Shown here: positions 1-11,790 of the stretch, in pieces
Position numbering within the stretch: the first letter of the stretch is position 1
How the letters are laid out: every line of letters starts with the position of its first letter
Assembly: GCA_013265495.1 (NCBI GenBank)
Contig: MU058676.1
Coordinates: forward strand, 1-53,681
DNA from: Vicugna vicugna
Lineage: Eukaryota
DNA: 53,681 bases
Direction of reading: 5' to 3'
Notes under the pieces: generated by a model
Seen by the model: only the letters and a program-made list of their open reading frames with translations
Databases searched by the model: none
What the model was told of the DNA's origin: nothing
Translations under genes and position numbers: made by a program

Positions 1-233
1 TAGATATTTAATAAATGTTTGTTAAATTGAACTGTTGGATATCACAAGGTAAATATATGATATTTCAGAGTACTCATGCTTTTTGATTGCTTTTGCCTAT
101 TTGCTAAGTATACAAGGTGAAAATGATTTTATGCTAAGTCTCAGTGTGATCTCTGTAGATGACATTATAAGCACTACTTATGCTGGAGCCTAGTATCTGC
201 TTGTCAGAGTAATGTATATTTACCATTTTGCAG

Positions 234-237
<4 letters not shown>

Positions 238-265
<28 letters not shown>
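238..265. repeat. (TA)n microsatellite
   Basis: Uninterrupted TA dinucleotide run, read directly. Confidence 0.95.
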
Positions 266-269
<4 letters not shown>

Positions 270-682
270 CACTTACCTGGAACTACAAAGCTGTGACTAA
301 AATTCTAAGGGAAAAGGACATGATGTCAAAATAACCAGTTGATTCCGGGGGAAAAAAAATATTTTTTTTAAACAATTGGTTGACTTAATAGAGATAACCA
401 GTTGATAAGTTTGTATTTCAAGTATGTGTATCTAGTGTTGTGCAAGCTGCTAAGATTCAGGAATTATTGGGAAATCTCCAAATATAACCATCTGTTTTTT
501 GTGAATATATATTTAGTTTGGTAAAGAAGGAATAGTGCTGGTATAGCAAATTTTGGGTGAGATCCTGAGCTAAAATCAGCATTTAGTAATTTTTTGTTAA
601 GTAAATGAATTTATGGATAAATGAAGAAAGAAATGATTGTCAAATCTTGATATGGATTTTTTAGCCAGAGTGAAATTTACAA

Positions 683-930
683 GCAAAGTTCAGATCATGA
701 GATAAATATGCTTTTAAAAATTATTCAATGGCTTTCCATTTCACAGCTTAAAAACTCAACATTCTATGCATGACATTCAAGGTCCTGCATAAATTGCCCT
801 TTGCCCTTGTTATCTACTGTCACCTTTCCTTCCTTTTAGAAATGATATTCCAGGCACATCTGCCTTCTCTCAGTTTTCTGAGGCATCCAGCTTTTTTGTA
901 ACTCAAGAACTTTGCATACCCTGCTTTACT
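683..930 (+). mobile_element. L2 LINE fragment (ancient)
   Basis: CAGATCATG...TTCAATGGCTTTCCATT...AAGGTCCTGCAT...TTTGCATAC resembles the recalled L2a 3' region; heavily diverged. Confidence 0.6.
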
Positions 931-990
931 GGGGTCTGGCTCCTTCTTAATCTGGTCTTCCACGTAGTAGCTGTGTGCCTTTGTCTCTTC

Positions 991-1200
991 TTGGGTTTGA
1001 ATCCTGACTCCTCTGCTTCCTAGTCTGTGACCTTGAACAAGTTACTCCACTTCTCTCTGCCTCAGGTTTTTCCATCTATAAAAGTTACCAGTAGTCTCCA
1101 CCTCATAGGAGTATATGAGGAATACATACAAATTAATGAAAAAAGTGCTTAGAGCAATGGCTGGCACACACTAAGAACTTGGTAAATGGTGCTTTTTATT
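991..1200 (+). mobile_element. MIR SINE
   Basis: B-box GGGTTTGAATCCTGACTC, core CTGTGACCTTGAACAAGTTAC...TCTCTGCCTCAG, tail GTGCTTAGAGCAATGGCTGGCACA. Confidence 0.9.
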
Positions 1201-1304
1201 ACCGTATTTTGTGATACTCTATTCATTTGCTTACTTTATTGTTTATTTTCTGTTTCTCCTATTAGACGGTCACTGTGTGGGAGGAGACGACCAACAAGCT
1301 ACAG

Positions 1305-1490
1305 AGCTTTAACAGGAAGAGCCCCAGACCTGGAGTAAAGACCTTCATTTGTCAGCTCAGGTGTTGACACTTATTCGATCTTGTGCAAGAAACATCACTT
1401 CTCTGAAGTTCCAACTCCTCATCTGCAAAAAAAGAAAGAAAGAAAGAGGTCAGACCCAATCTCTTAATTCTTCTCTGGTACTTAAGTAAA
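1305..1490 (+). mobile_element. MIR/MIR3-like SINE remnant
   Basis: GATCTTGTGCAAGAAACATCACTTCTCTGAAGTTCCAACTCCTCATCTGCAAAA resembles the MIR core. Confidence 0.55.
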
Positions 1491-1744
1491 AATGTTTCTA
1501 ATTTACAGTTAAGCCTCATTCCAAAGGTGATAAAATAATTTCTACTCTGTAAAATATTCTTGAAAATGCATTTTGCTTTATCTGGTAAATAATGAAAAGT
1601 CTTTGCTTAATTATGATACAGAAACAATGACTAAAGTTTACTTGAGAAAGTGTGTGGGTTTAATGGATACGTACAGATGCCCACCCATGCTTTTAAAGGG
1701 TACCCGAGAAAGAATTTATGGTGTGGTAAGAAAAACCTTGTTAA

Positions 1745-1776
1745 AAACAAACAAACAAACAAACAAACAAACAAAC
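1745..1776. repeat. (AAAC)8 microsatellite
   Basis: Eight perfect AAAC units. Confidence 0.95.
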
Positions 1777-3249
1777 AAAAACAGATTAAAGGGTTTGGTC
1801 TCAATCTGGATTTGGGCCCATTTGTCCATTTTTATTTCACCAAGGTGAATGTGTTGGACTTTTCTAAAAGGGATTATGTTTTCAATCAGAATAAGAGGCT
1901 TATATATTGAGTATAAATGTATGTGACTGTGGGTAATAGAATTATTCTCATAGCTTTCTGTTTTTAACTGTAAGTAGCATGATATATGGTCCCAACTGTT
2001 AGAGAAACATAATAAACGGTTCATTAAATATTTCCAGCAAATTCTGATTTCATTTCCCTGAAAATTTACCTCTGAGAAAGAGAATATTTGAAAGTAAAAA
2101 AAAGTACATTGAATGGCAAGAAGTTGTCCTAGAATATTTCTAAATTGTAAATAGAATCTTTGAGCTATGCTTTTTTTCCTACTTCATTGGAACATAATAT
2201 TATATGAAAGAGCTGTCTCAAATAAGATAGGAGAAAACATTCTCAATTTTATCAGGTTTTATTTTGCATTATAATTACTAGTCTCATTAATTAAATAGAT
2301 AACTGTTATCAAACCAATAAAAATTTGCCATTACAATGATTTACCATAGACTGAAAGGACTATATTATCTGCTTGATGCTTTAATGAGGCACAATCAATT
2401 TTTATTAATTTTATATGTAAGGAAAGTTTTAAAATATTACTAGGAGAAAACTTGTACTTAACATTTCTAATTCTTAATCATGCAGAGATCCCATTAATTC
2501 AGATTACAGTTTAGTGTTAACTTCAATCTGTGAGCTAATAACACTGTCACTGTTCAATGCATGTGTATTTCTTTACTATTAACAAAGTACTTACAAATAC
2601 CATATCACTTTTGATTCCCTAGTAAGCTTTTAAAGTAAACAGAGTAGATGTTATTTGTCACGTCCTACTGGTAAGAAAGTTGGAACTCACATAAAACCTC
2701 TACAAATTGACTTTTATTAAAAAAAAAGACTTGAATGGGAACAAGGACACAGATATTTTACAGTAAGTTTAGGGGTTTTTGCAGCATATCACAGAGCCCA
2801 TCAAAAAAAATAAACCTACAAGAATCATAGTTCTCAAATGTGAATACTGACAAAATTATGATCCCTAACTTTTGGATGTTTTGTTTTGCTTTTTCGGTAT
2901 GTAAAATGTGGGTAACTAATGTCAGTAGGGTGCCGTGTGGACAGTGTGTGATAATGTATGTCACACTCATATATACGACCTCTCTAATAGCAAGAATTCA
3001 ATAAGCCATATTTTCAAGAAAAAAACAGTCATTGAAGATGCTCAGGACTGAGAAAAGTTGAACTAGCTGAAGAGGATATTGAATCTTTCTGCCTTTTATG
3101 ACCCAAGACTTGTGATTTATCTATAGCCATCTGCAGGCTTTATTTACAGACTGTCTTTTAGTTTCTTTTTCCTAGGCTCACTTGTGAAAAAAAAATGATT
3201 CTGTGGTGTTGTATGTCCAGAAGAAAACATGATTCTTGATGTTTCTCAT

Positions 3250-3465
3250 AGTAGAATCACAGAATTTTAGATGTGAGAGCACTTAATAATTCATATTGTC
3301 TTTCGCTTTGTCTTGTTTTTCAATACTCTGCAGACAAGTAGCCAAAAGTAAACTTTTCTGGTTGGAAACAGATAGATTTGGGGAGCTTGCCTGGTCAACA
3401 GAACTGAGAGCTATCATTTATTCAACGTGCATTCATTGAGCACAGATTATGTACCAGGAACACAC
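3250..3465 (-). mobile_element. Degraded MIR followed by an L2 3' tail
   Basis: AGAATCACAGAATTTTAG...GGAAACAGA...CTTGCCTGGTCAACAG (MIR reverse complement), then TCATTTATTCAAC..ATTCATTGAGCACAGATTATGTACCAGG (L2 tail reverse complement). Confidence 0.5.
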
Positions 3466-3879
3466 AAAGTATATATACCATTAATGTTATAATCTTGCAT
3501 GTGGCTGGAAAAAGTGTTTATATGAAACATTAAAACTAATATAGCTATATTTTAAACATGAGGGACATTTTCTTTTGTGTAAGGACCATTAGTGCATATA
3601 AAAAGTGCTTATAAAAATTACTGCATATAAAAATGATTAGAGATCTGTTACTTTAGTGATTTTGTTTAAAAGATTCCTACAAGATTTTTCTTGGCTGGGA
3701 GAAGGTAATTCACATCTGTATTTGATAAAATGTTGAATGGTGAAACTGGAGCCAGGATATACATGATAGGCAAAAAGAATCAGAAACATAGAGTGAGAGA
3801 AAAAATTAATCTATTATGTATTGGATGACTCTAATGAACTAAGCACTTTACATGTTACACAGTTTTGCCTTTTGAAGAT

Positions 3880-4810
3880 GCTTCTCCTGTTTTCCCTGTC
3901 TCAGTAACTCTACCCAGTTGCTCGGGCTCTGCACCAACCTCTTTTACTTCTTGTTCCACTCATTTAATCATTATTTATGTTCTGTCAATTCTGCTTCTGT
4001 TGAAACCTCTTGATTCACAGATTACTCTTATTTCTGTCACTGTCTTAGTTTCGGCCAGCATTGTCTCACATAATTTACAGCAACAGCCATCTAATTGTTC
4101 TCTCTTCTTCCAGGTTTGTCTTCAGTCTAGCTAATTCCATGCATCAAGGCCACCTTATGTCTTTTCCAAACCACACATCTAAGGCACTTTTCCCCCTTCC
4201 ATGAAGTCCCATTGGCAGTGCCATTCAAGACACTGTTGCCTCCATCCTTCCCGTCCCAGCATTCTTACCCCTTGTCCAACTCTATGCTACCACCCCATGA
4301 TGTGCTGCACCAAATACACTATGGCATCATGGTGGGCAGCCTACGTGCTAGAGTCAAGTAGACAGAGTATCAATTCAATGATTGGCTCAGGTTTAAATGA
4401 GATATGTCAATTGCTTAGCATGGTGTGTGACCCACTAAAAGCTCTATAAAAAAGCTGATTGTCATTTTCTTTGCCTCAATGTCCCTCCCACACAGAATTC
4501 TGTACCTTGTCTCTTCATTTTCCCTATTCCTCCCTTTTACCCCCTTTGTGTGCTTCAGGGGGTGTTTCATAACTTGCATGTCATCTCATATAAGGTTTCC
4601 CCTAGCTTTTAAGATTGCATTAGATAATTCTCATATATGCACCATTGTTCTTCTCTTTGAAGCACTATTCTAAATTTGCCATGTGCCTGTTTTCTAAAAT
4701 ACACAATAAGCTTCTCGTGTACAGTGACATTGTTTATAATATTATCTGCAGTGTATCATATAGGTGCCACTCAAAAATATTTGTGAATGGACAATGAGTA
4801 AATAAATGCA
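3880..4810 (+). mobile_element. L2 LINE 3' portion, interrupted by a MIR
   Basis: CCCTGTCTCAGTAA..ACCCAGTTGCTC...CAACAGCCATCTAATTG; ends CACTCAAAAATATTTGTGAATGG..AATGAGTAAATAAATG, typical of the L2 terminus. Confidence 0.7.
4320..4460 (+). mobile_element. Internally deleted MIR nested in L2
   Basis: MIR 5' end (TGGCATCATGGT...CTAGAGTCAAG) joined to the MIR 3' end (TTAAATGAGATATG..TGCTTAGCATGGTG..TGACCCAC); the core is missing. Confidence 0.6.
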
Positions 4811-4819
4811 TGCTAGAAC

Positions 4820-5297
4820 TAATAGTGATAAATACTATTAATTGAGATTTTATTGTGTGCCAGATCCTGGGCTAAGTTCTTCAGTATCTTTCTCATTTTC
4901 TTCGTCTCTCTAGGACTCTCTCTTTCTCTCACTCTCTCTCTCTCTATATATATACACACACATACACATATAATGTATGTATACAGTCACACACATACAT
5001 ATACACATCTATTAGCATATATATATTTACATATCTATGTAAATTATTATTTACATATATACACAAATATATTGTGTAAAATATATATGTATTTTGTATA
5101 AAATTGCATATATACCATATATTATGTATATTTAATTCTTAAAATGACTTTATAACTCCCTGAGGCATTGTTATCTTAATTTAACTGATGAGAAATTTAA
5201 GGCTCAAAGACAATAATTCTTCACTGCTAGTAGTGGCTGGGTTTCAGCTTACATAAAGCTCTGAAATCAATGTGCTTTTGCCACCCCACACTGTCTC
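4820..5297 (-). mobile_element. MIR SINE split by a compound microsatellite
   Basis: ATTGAGATTTTATTGTGTGCCAGATCCTGGGCTAAG...[repeat]...TTTAACTGATGAGAAATTTAAGGCTCAAAGA...CCACCCCACACTGTCTC. Confidence 0.75.
4900..5130. repeat. Compound degenerate (CT)n(TA)n(CA)n low-complexity tract
   Basis: CT run followed by about 200 bp of TA/CA-rich decayed repeat. Confidence 0.85.
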
Positions 5298-6539
5298 CAG
5301 TTTATGGCCTAAGTGTTGTAGTCAAAGTCACCTCTGTTATGGAAAGGAATGGAAGAAAATATAGTGTACCCTGACAAGTTTAAGAGAAGACCACAGAATG
5401 ATATTTACTTTGGTCTCAATATTGTCCAAAACTGTCAGCAACTGGTATTTTTAATTCATAGAAATTAAAAATAATAAATAGGTGGGACTTGTGATGCTTT
5501 GCTTTGGGTCTTGTGGTTCCGAGGTGGGATCTGGCAGGGTGGCCATCCCTGCTTGACCATCCTCTTCACGTACCCCTGTGGACCCCATGGATTTTGGCTG
5601 TCCCTCCCTTGCTTGTAGCTGAGGAACACAGAGTGTACTGGCGTCTCTGAGCAAAATGAGTTACACTGGTGCTGGAAGTATGTTCTGTAACTGGGGAACT
5701 GTTTCACTCACGTGAAAGAAAAATTCATCTTTTTGCTCAGGGCAGCCAGCTCTCATCCTGAAATTTGAAGTGTGACTCCATATGGAGCGAAGTTTGCAAG
5801 ACCTCCTCTGTTCTTGCCCACATTTTGATCTTTCTGAATTTGTAAACAAAACCTTGTCTCTATGCCTGAAAAATTCTTACAGTGAGTTTAGGGCCAAAAA
5901 AAAAAAATTCTTCCAAAGTGTGGAAAAAATTGGCCAGGTTTGAGAGTATTTTGGATTAAAAGTGGCAGCTGCATGCAAGAATCATAAAGAACAAACACGT
6001 CTCCCATGCGTATATTCATTTGTACAGAAATTACAGATTGTGTGGCTGTGGATCTGTTGTATAAACAGAAACAAGGCACAGCTTCTCTTGCACTTTGTGT
6101 GAGAGGATAGTTGCTCGCTTTACAGTGGCTGGATTCTATACATAAGGATTTCTCTTCACGTCTTGCAACTGATCTGCAGCATTTTACACATCAAAGCACA
6201 CCATCATTTTGAAGCCATTGCATATCACCACTAATAATAGTTCTTGGTTTCTTACATCAGAAGTTCAAGCTCTTATTTAATAAGATTCCATGAACTGGTT
6301 GATCACACATCAAGGTAAAAAAGACAGAATGATTTCAGTTTGGATGCATGATCTTTTCACTATTAAAGAACAACCCCGAGATAGCAAACCACTATCAAGA
6401 CATCTGCAAACAAATTTTACAAAACAAACAAAATAGCCCTGTTGTTTTCTGTGTGTGTGTGTTTCACTTGTATAGTTCTTTCAACTTACAAAATCCAGTT
6501 ACCTTTATCAGCTGTAGTTTAACAATTTGGATTAGGTCA

Positions 6540-6760
6540 ACTATTTTGAGCATCTACATTTTAGTAATTATTGAACTGGGCTCATGTAATCACTACAGTT
6601 ATGTGACACAGGATGTATTATTTCTTGTTCTGTGAAGAGGAAATGGAGTCCAGAGAAGCTCATTTCCATGACCAAAGTCACATACAGCTAATCATTGTTG
6701 CAAACAAGGCTTGAAGATACCTTTATTCAAGATTTGATACTGTTTGGTGACATTTTACCT
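6540..6760 (-). mobile_element. MIR SINE
   Basis: GAAGAGGAAATGGAGTCCAGAGAAG...ACCAAAGTCACATACAGCTAAT is the reverse complement of the MIR core. Confidence 0.7.
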
Positions 6761-8035
6761 CTATTCTACAACTAGACATGGCTCTCTTAGGAATTTATGC
6801 CAAGCTAAGATTAGCTTAGATAGAGCTAAATTATTTAGTAACACTGCAAAAAATAATCACTCCTAAGCAGAACTAAGAATTTCCCAAAATAAGCTATTTG
6901 AAAAATTTCCAAATTATTTCTAACTGCTGTGTTTTGAGCAATAAAATAAATTTCTTTCCTGTACTTTTCCCCTTTGTGTTTGTGTACTGGCTCACAAAAA
7001 TCATCTCATGCATAATGCAACATAATAAACTACAGCTTGTAATGGCTACAAAGCCTTGCCCATGTGGAAATAGAACTGGAAATCCATTACCAGAAACTCA
7101 TCTTTCAAATGCAATTCAAGTTTGACAAACATTAAACAATTTGGGCAGGCACTTGCAACCAATGTTTCCTCTGAGTGCTTTTTAGGTGTCTCATCATCAT
7201 GCTATTATTCTAAAATACTGGGAAGATTTAATGATTTCCTTCAGGTAAATCACAGAGGACTGAAATGACACACAGGAGTAAGCATCGCACATTTTCTTGG
7301 GGAAGATATACTGTGGGTTTCTTCTTCACAAGCTTTTTTTTTTTTAATGCTAGTTCTCTTGAAATTCCATTTTCTTTTTGACTCCTAAAACTATGCTGCC
7401 ATTTGATTATAATTTCAAGTAAAATTGGTAATTTTTACAAAATAAGCACATTCTCATTCACTTATGAAAACATGAACTGTAACTGCTCTTGGCTCTGGTT
7501 CCTTGGGTATCAAACAGAACAGTGTGTAGCTGCCAAAGGATTTGAGGTTTCCTTTACCAAGGAACATCTCACCTAAGTACCCTGCTCACACAGACTTGTT
7601 TTAAGCTCATTAAGAGGCCCACAACTTGTTGTTTATCTGTTTTATATACAGTAGTTAATATTTGCAAATCTCAAAGTACCCATTTATCCCTTCCCAACCC
7701 TATAATAAAAAAGAATATGAAAACCAATATGTGTAGATAAAAAAGAGACACACAACTGCTTTTAAAGTCTTCTCTCCTTGGTTTAGAGGGGAAGAAGTTC
7801 TTAGGATCTATTGTTTATTTCTTAGAAGAAAAGGCTTTATGATTGACACATTTTTATCTGTGAAATGCGCTGAGAGAACTTAATTTTTGCCACTCTTATC
7901 ACAGTGAGATTAAAAAGCAAAAAAGACCTGTGTACAGGGCGTAATTAGGGAGATTCAAGCAAAGGACTACAATAGGACATCATCTCAAAAGTACACGACT
8001 CTTAACCGCATTAACTTCTGTTCAGTGAGAAGAAT

Positions 8036-8160
8036 TTCCCCTCCCTCCCCATACCTCTTTCTCCTTCTTTCATTTCTCCTTCCCTCTTTCCCTCTCTCCC
8101 TCCTTCCTTCTCTTTATTCCTTCCTCCCTTCCTTCCTTTCTTTATTCTTCCTAACTCCCC
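8036..8160. repeat. Polypyrimidine low-complexity tract (TCC/TTCC-rich)
   Basis: About 125 bp that is almost entirely C and T. Confidence 0.9.
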
Positions 8161-8174
8161 TTGACCATCCTTAG

Positions 8175-9481
8175 ATTATTTTGAAGTGTGTCTCATTTGT
8201 CTCAGATATTTCAGTGTATATTTAAACAAAATAATAGTGATATATTGAAAACCATAACCATAACATTTTCACATCTAACAAAATTAACTCTCCTTGATAT
8301 CACCAGATCATTATTGTTCAGATCTCCCCAATGGCTTCTTTCCATTTGCTTTGTTCAAATACTCAGCATTTCTCTGAGATTTTAGTTAGTATTTTCTTGT
8401 TTAGATGTTGCTCCTCTAATCTTTTATTTTTTCAATTTGTTTGTAGCACCAAACATTTCATTTCTCTGAAGTGCTTGCTTTCCACATTCTAGATTTTGCT
8501 GATTGCTTCCTTGTGATATCATTTAATATCTTCCTTTGCCCCTTTACTGTAGAGTGATGGCTTGATATAGAGGCTTGGTTAGACTATTTCAGAGGATGTA
8601 TTATGTACTTTTTATTCAATCCCATCAGTAGTCACATATCTGGTTGTCTCTTTTTTTGTGCTGTTGTAGTGGATCCTATTATTGTTCAACAGACAGTCTC
8701 TCTCCTCAGGCTTCCTTCTCCCCAACTTCCATAAGAAGAGCATGCCTCTCCACTCCACTTGACTTGCTTTAGCATACAGAAATGTGAGTGGATATGACAT
8801 TCACCACATCTGTGCCAAGGCTTCAGATGTATTTGCAACTTCTGGCTTAGCCTTCCAGAGTCCCCGCCTTCTGCCCAGTGCATCGTGTGTTCCAAATTGT
8901 GGCTGCTTCTGTAATCTTGGGTTACAGATGGTGAAGACAGAAGCAGTAGACCTGAAACCTACTCACCTTTTGGAGTATGAACCTCAGCCTAACATCAGCT
9001 GATTTACAGACCCAATTGTTTCATAACCAAGAAAGAAATTGTTGTTGTATGCTACTGAGTTTTGTGATGATGTTTAAAACATTATTGCAGCAAAGCTTAA
9101 AGACACAGACATAATATTGAACTGTGGATTGAGCTGTTGCCAGATTGTTACATCATCTTTTAATTTAACAGCTTTGGCAACCATTGATGGTTATTGCTTA
9201 GATCTTTTATTGTAGTGCAGTTTGCAAAGAGGCGATGTTCTAAGTCTATCATGTGTTATTCATGTATTACTCCCAGAAGAGTTCCTGGGAGGTACTCTGA
9301 GATAGCTTATAAAGGAAAGTTAGAATAATTTTTTTTTAATTCTTCACTTCATTTGCTAGTTTAAAGAATAATGGACTGGTTCCCTAGTATCTTCCAAAGG
9401 TGACTAATGAGGTTTTATTTTGTTTTAAGTATTATGTACTCATGAATTTCAGCCCTAATGAAATCATTAAACTCTTTGATG
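8175..9481 (-). mobile_element. Ancient L1 (L1MC4/L1MC5-like) 3' region, split by an MLT1
   Basis: TCTAGATTTTGCTGATTGCTTCCTTGTG, AGAGGCTTGGTTAGA, CCATTGATGGTTATTGCTTAGATC and TGGTTCCCTAG..TCCAAAGGTGACTAATGAG match the recalled L1MC 3' consensus on both sides of the insert. Confidence 0.75.
8665..9107 (+). mobile_element. MaLR LTR (MLT1J/K-like)
   Basis: TGTAGTGG start; GAAATGTGAGTGGATATGAC; end TGTTGTATGCTACTGAGTTTTG...ATTATTGCAGCAAAGC...ACA. Confidence 0.75.
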
Positions 9482-11164
9482 GGTTTCCACCAATTGCTGA
9501 TACAAATCTCCTTGTTGTTCATATTGTCTACTCTCAAAATATCATTTCTATTTAAATCTAATGTTGGTAAATTTCTTAAACCATAGAACTGGAACTTTTC
9601 CCTTTTATTTTTCTGGTGGACTTATTTTCCCTTCTCAAAAACCTAGAAGTCATTCCTAGGGTTGAGGGAAGCAGGAAAATTGCTGACAGTAAAATTCCTT
9701 AAAGGACTGAGTCAAAGGCAGCGGATGCTGATGGTTAAGAAACTGCCAGGGTGGGGTGCAAGGTATTGGCAAATAGTTCAGAGACACATTGCCTAAAATT
9801 TGGGAATCTTACTACAATTCATGAAGTTCTATTGGTGGAGGATCCCTGACATAAAAATGGCATCTCAGTTAAGTGATCTTCAGTAAATGACAAATAAAGG
9901 ATTAACTGCCTGGAGCATTAGTCCCACTAATTCAGTATTTATAGCCATTCAAGTTATTAGCTTTTTAATTAACACTGAAAGATCTGAAAGTACTTAATTG
10001 TATTCCGTTCTAGTTATATTAACAAATTATACACATGAAAATTGAAATTCTGTTTTTCTAATATTCTCTTTAAGAATGTGCAAATAGAGTTGATGTTTTC
10101 TTAATAAATATCTCTCAACTGTTATTATGTTTCTAAACAGAATAGAAAAAATGCAAGTTAATCGTGCTCATTCAAGTATGTTACATCCAGTTGGGATTAT
10201 AGAATGAAAATGAGCTTTACACAAGGATGTTAGAGATATACCACGTCCATTTATTTAATTCTCTGTAATAACAATCTGCTCATTGAATTATTTAACACAC
10301 CTTTTTGCATTCCAGTCTGAATGTGAGCAGATTAGATTGTTACATTTATTTACTTGAAGACAAAGTCAAATGGAAGAGCTATTTCAGAACCTATAGAATA
10401 AATATGATATAAAGGAAAATAAATACACATTTGAGGAGAAGAGTAAGAATTCCACTTCTGACTCCCTGATTGCTTACTTGGGCTCAACTTTAATGAAGCT
10501 GGCTTAAGGATCTTACTGAGTGAAGCCTCTAATCCTGAAGTCTTTCAGTTCTTTGATTGAAAATCAAGACAGATGCTAGTTTTTAGGTTATTCTTTATGT
10601 TTTATTTTATGCCTTCAGGATACACACTGTCTGTGCTGGTAATAACATCTGATGGCTATATGACATAATAATCTAAGTACTGGGTCAACTCCAGTGTGTA
10701 AGTTGGAGTTGAGGGTGGCTTTATGTGCCAGGATAGATGTCAGCCCATGAGGATTTGCTTTGCCATGTGTCTGGTCTGAAGAGATGTGGCAGGGTAGCAG
10801 GTGCAGTGTCAGTGATGCTGTCCTGCCACACCAGACTTAAGAACTCGTACTGCCTTCCACCCCCATCTGAGATATGATATAAGAAGCCTGCACTTCTCCA
10901 TGGCCAGCCAAAGTGGCAACCACATATGTGGAGAAGAAATAATGCGTTAAAATTTTCCGAAACCTTCATCCTCATGAAAGACAGAACTACTTGGAAAAAA
11001 TAATTGAGATAGCATCCCAATCTTTCCTCTGCGACCTTCACCACTTCTATGTTGAGAGGCAGGACATGAGATAGGGACAGAAGTCCTAAAATCCTATGCG
11101 TTCCTTAAAGAGAGCCCTCCACCTCACCTTCTTCACCCAGCTAAGTGTATGAGGTTTTAGTAGT

Positions 11165-11790
11165 TGTAATAGTTTTAATTCCCTATTGCTGCATAGCAGA
11201 CCACCCCCAAAATGAGCGGTCTACCACAATGATCAATTTATCATCTATTACAATGTCTCATTATTCTGCACAATGAGTGGGTTCAACTGGATAGTTTTTA
11301 TGTTCCACATGGTATTGATTGGGGCTGACATTATCTGGGGTTTCAACTTGGCTGAAATACCCAAGGTGATTTATTCACATCACTGGTGTGCTGATGGACA
11401 GCCAAAAGACAAAGCTGAGCGGGACTAGGACAGTAGGATGGCTAGGTCGGTCTGTCTACCTATCTGTCTGTCTATCTATCTGTCTGTCTATCTGTCTGTC
11501 CATCTATCTCTATCTCTCCCTTTCTCTCTCTCCAGGTAGTTTCCCAGGGCCTCTTCCTCTTCATGCTTTCTTGATGCCTGTTTTTTTCCCAGCAACTTAG
11601 CTGGGCTTCTACAATGGTAGAAGGCTGCCAAGAGGTGAAAAGTAGAAATTTCTAGTCCTTCTTAAAGCCGAGGCCCAGAACTTTCACAGTGACACTTCTG
11701 TGTCCATATGCGGATTCAACATTGAAGGTGATTTTTACAAGGGTGTGAATGCAGTGCAATGCACTGACAGTCAGCTTTGAAGAGCAACTA
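11165..11790 (-). mobile_element. MaLR LTR (MLT1H/I-like)
   Basis: TATTGCTGCATAGCAGACCACCCCCAAAATGAGCGG...TTCCACATGGT..TGGGGCTG...AGGCCCAGAACTTTCACAGTGACACTTCTG. The right end is approximate. Confidence 0.8.
11449..11532. repeat. (TCTG/TCTA)n tetranucleotide followed by (CT)n, inside the MLT1
   Basis: Read directly from the sequence. Confidence 0.9.

Noticed and set aside
278..305. Minus-strand micro-exon (CCTTTTCCCTTAG...CCAG|GTAAGT, about 28 nt)
   Set aside because: Very short, with no recognisable peptide or partner exons; such matches are expected by chance.
331..406. Direct repeat ATAACCAGTTGAT, two copies
   Set aside because: Only two 13-bp copies; not a CRISPR-like or other regular array.
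1573..2024. Three overlapping ORFs of 86-102 aa
   Set aside because: They are kept open partly by the (AAAC)8 repeat (KQTNKQTN / FVCLFVCL) and show no recognisable homology.
5451..5849. Cluster of minus-strand ORFs (62-80 aa)
   Set aside because: Short, overlapping in different frames, with no recognisable domain or supporting splice structure.
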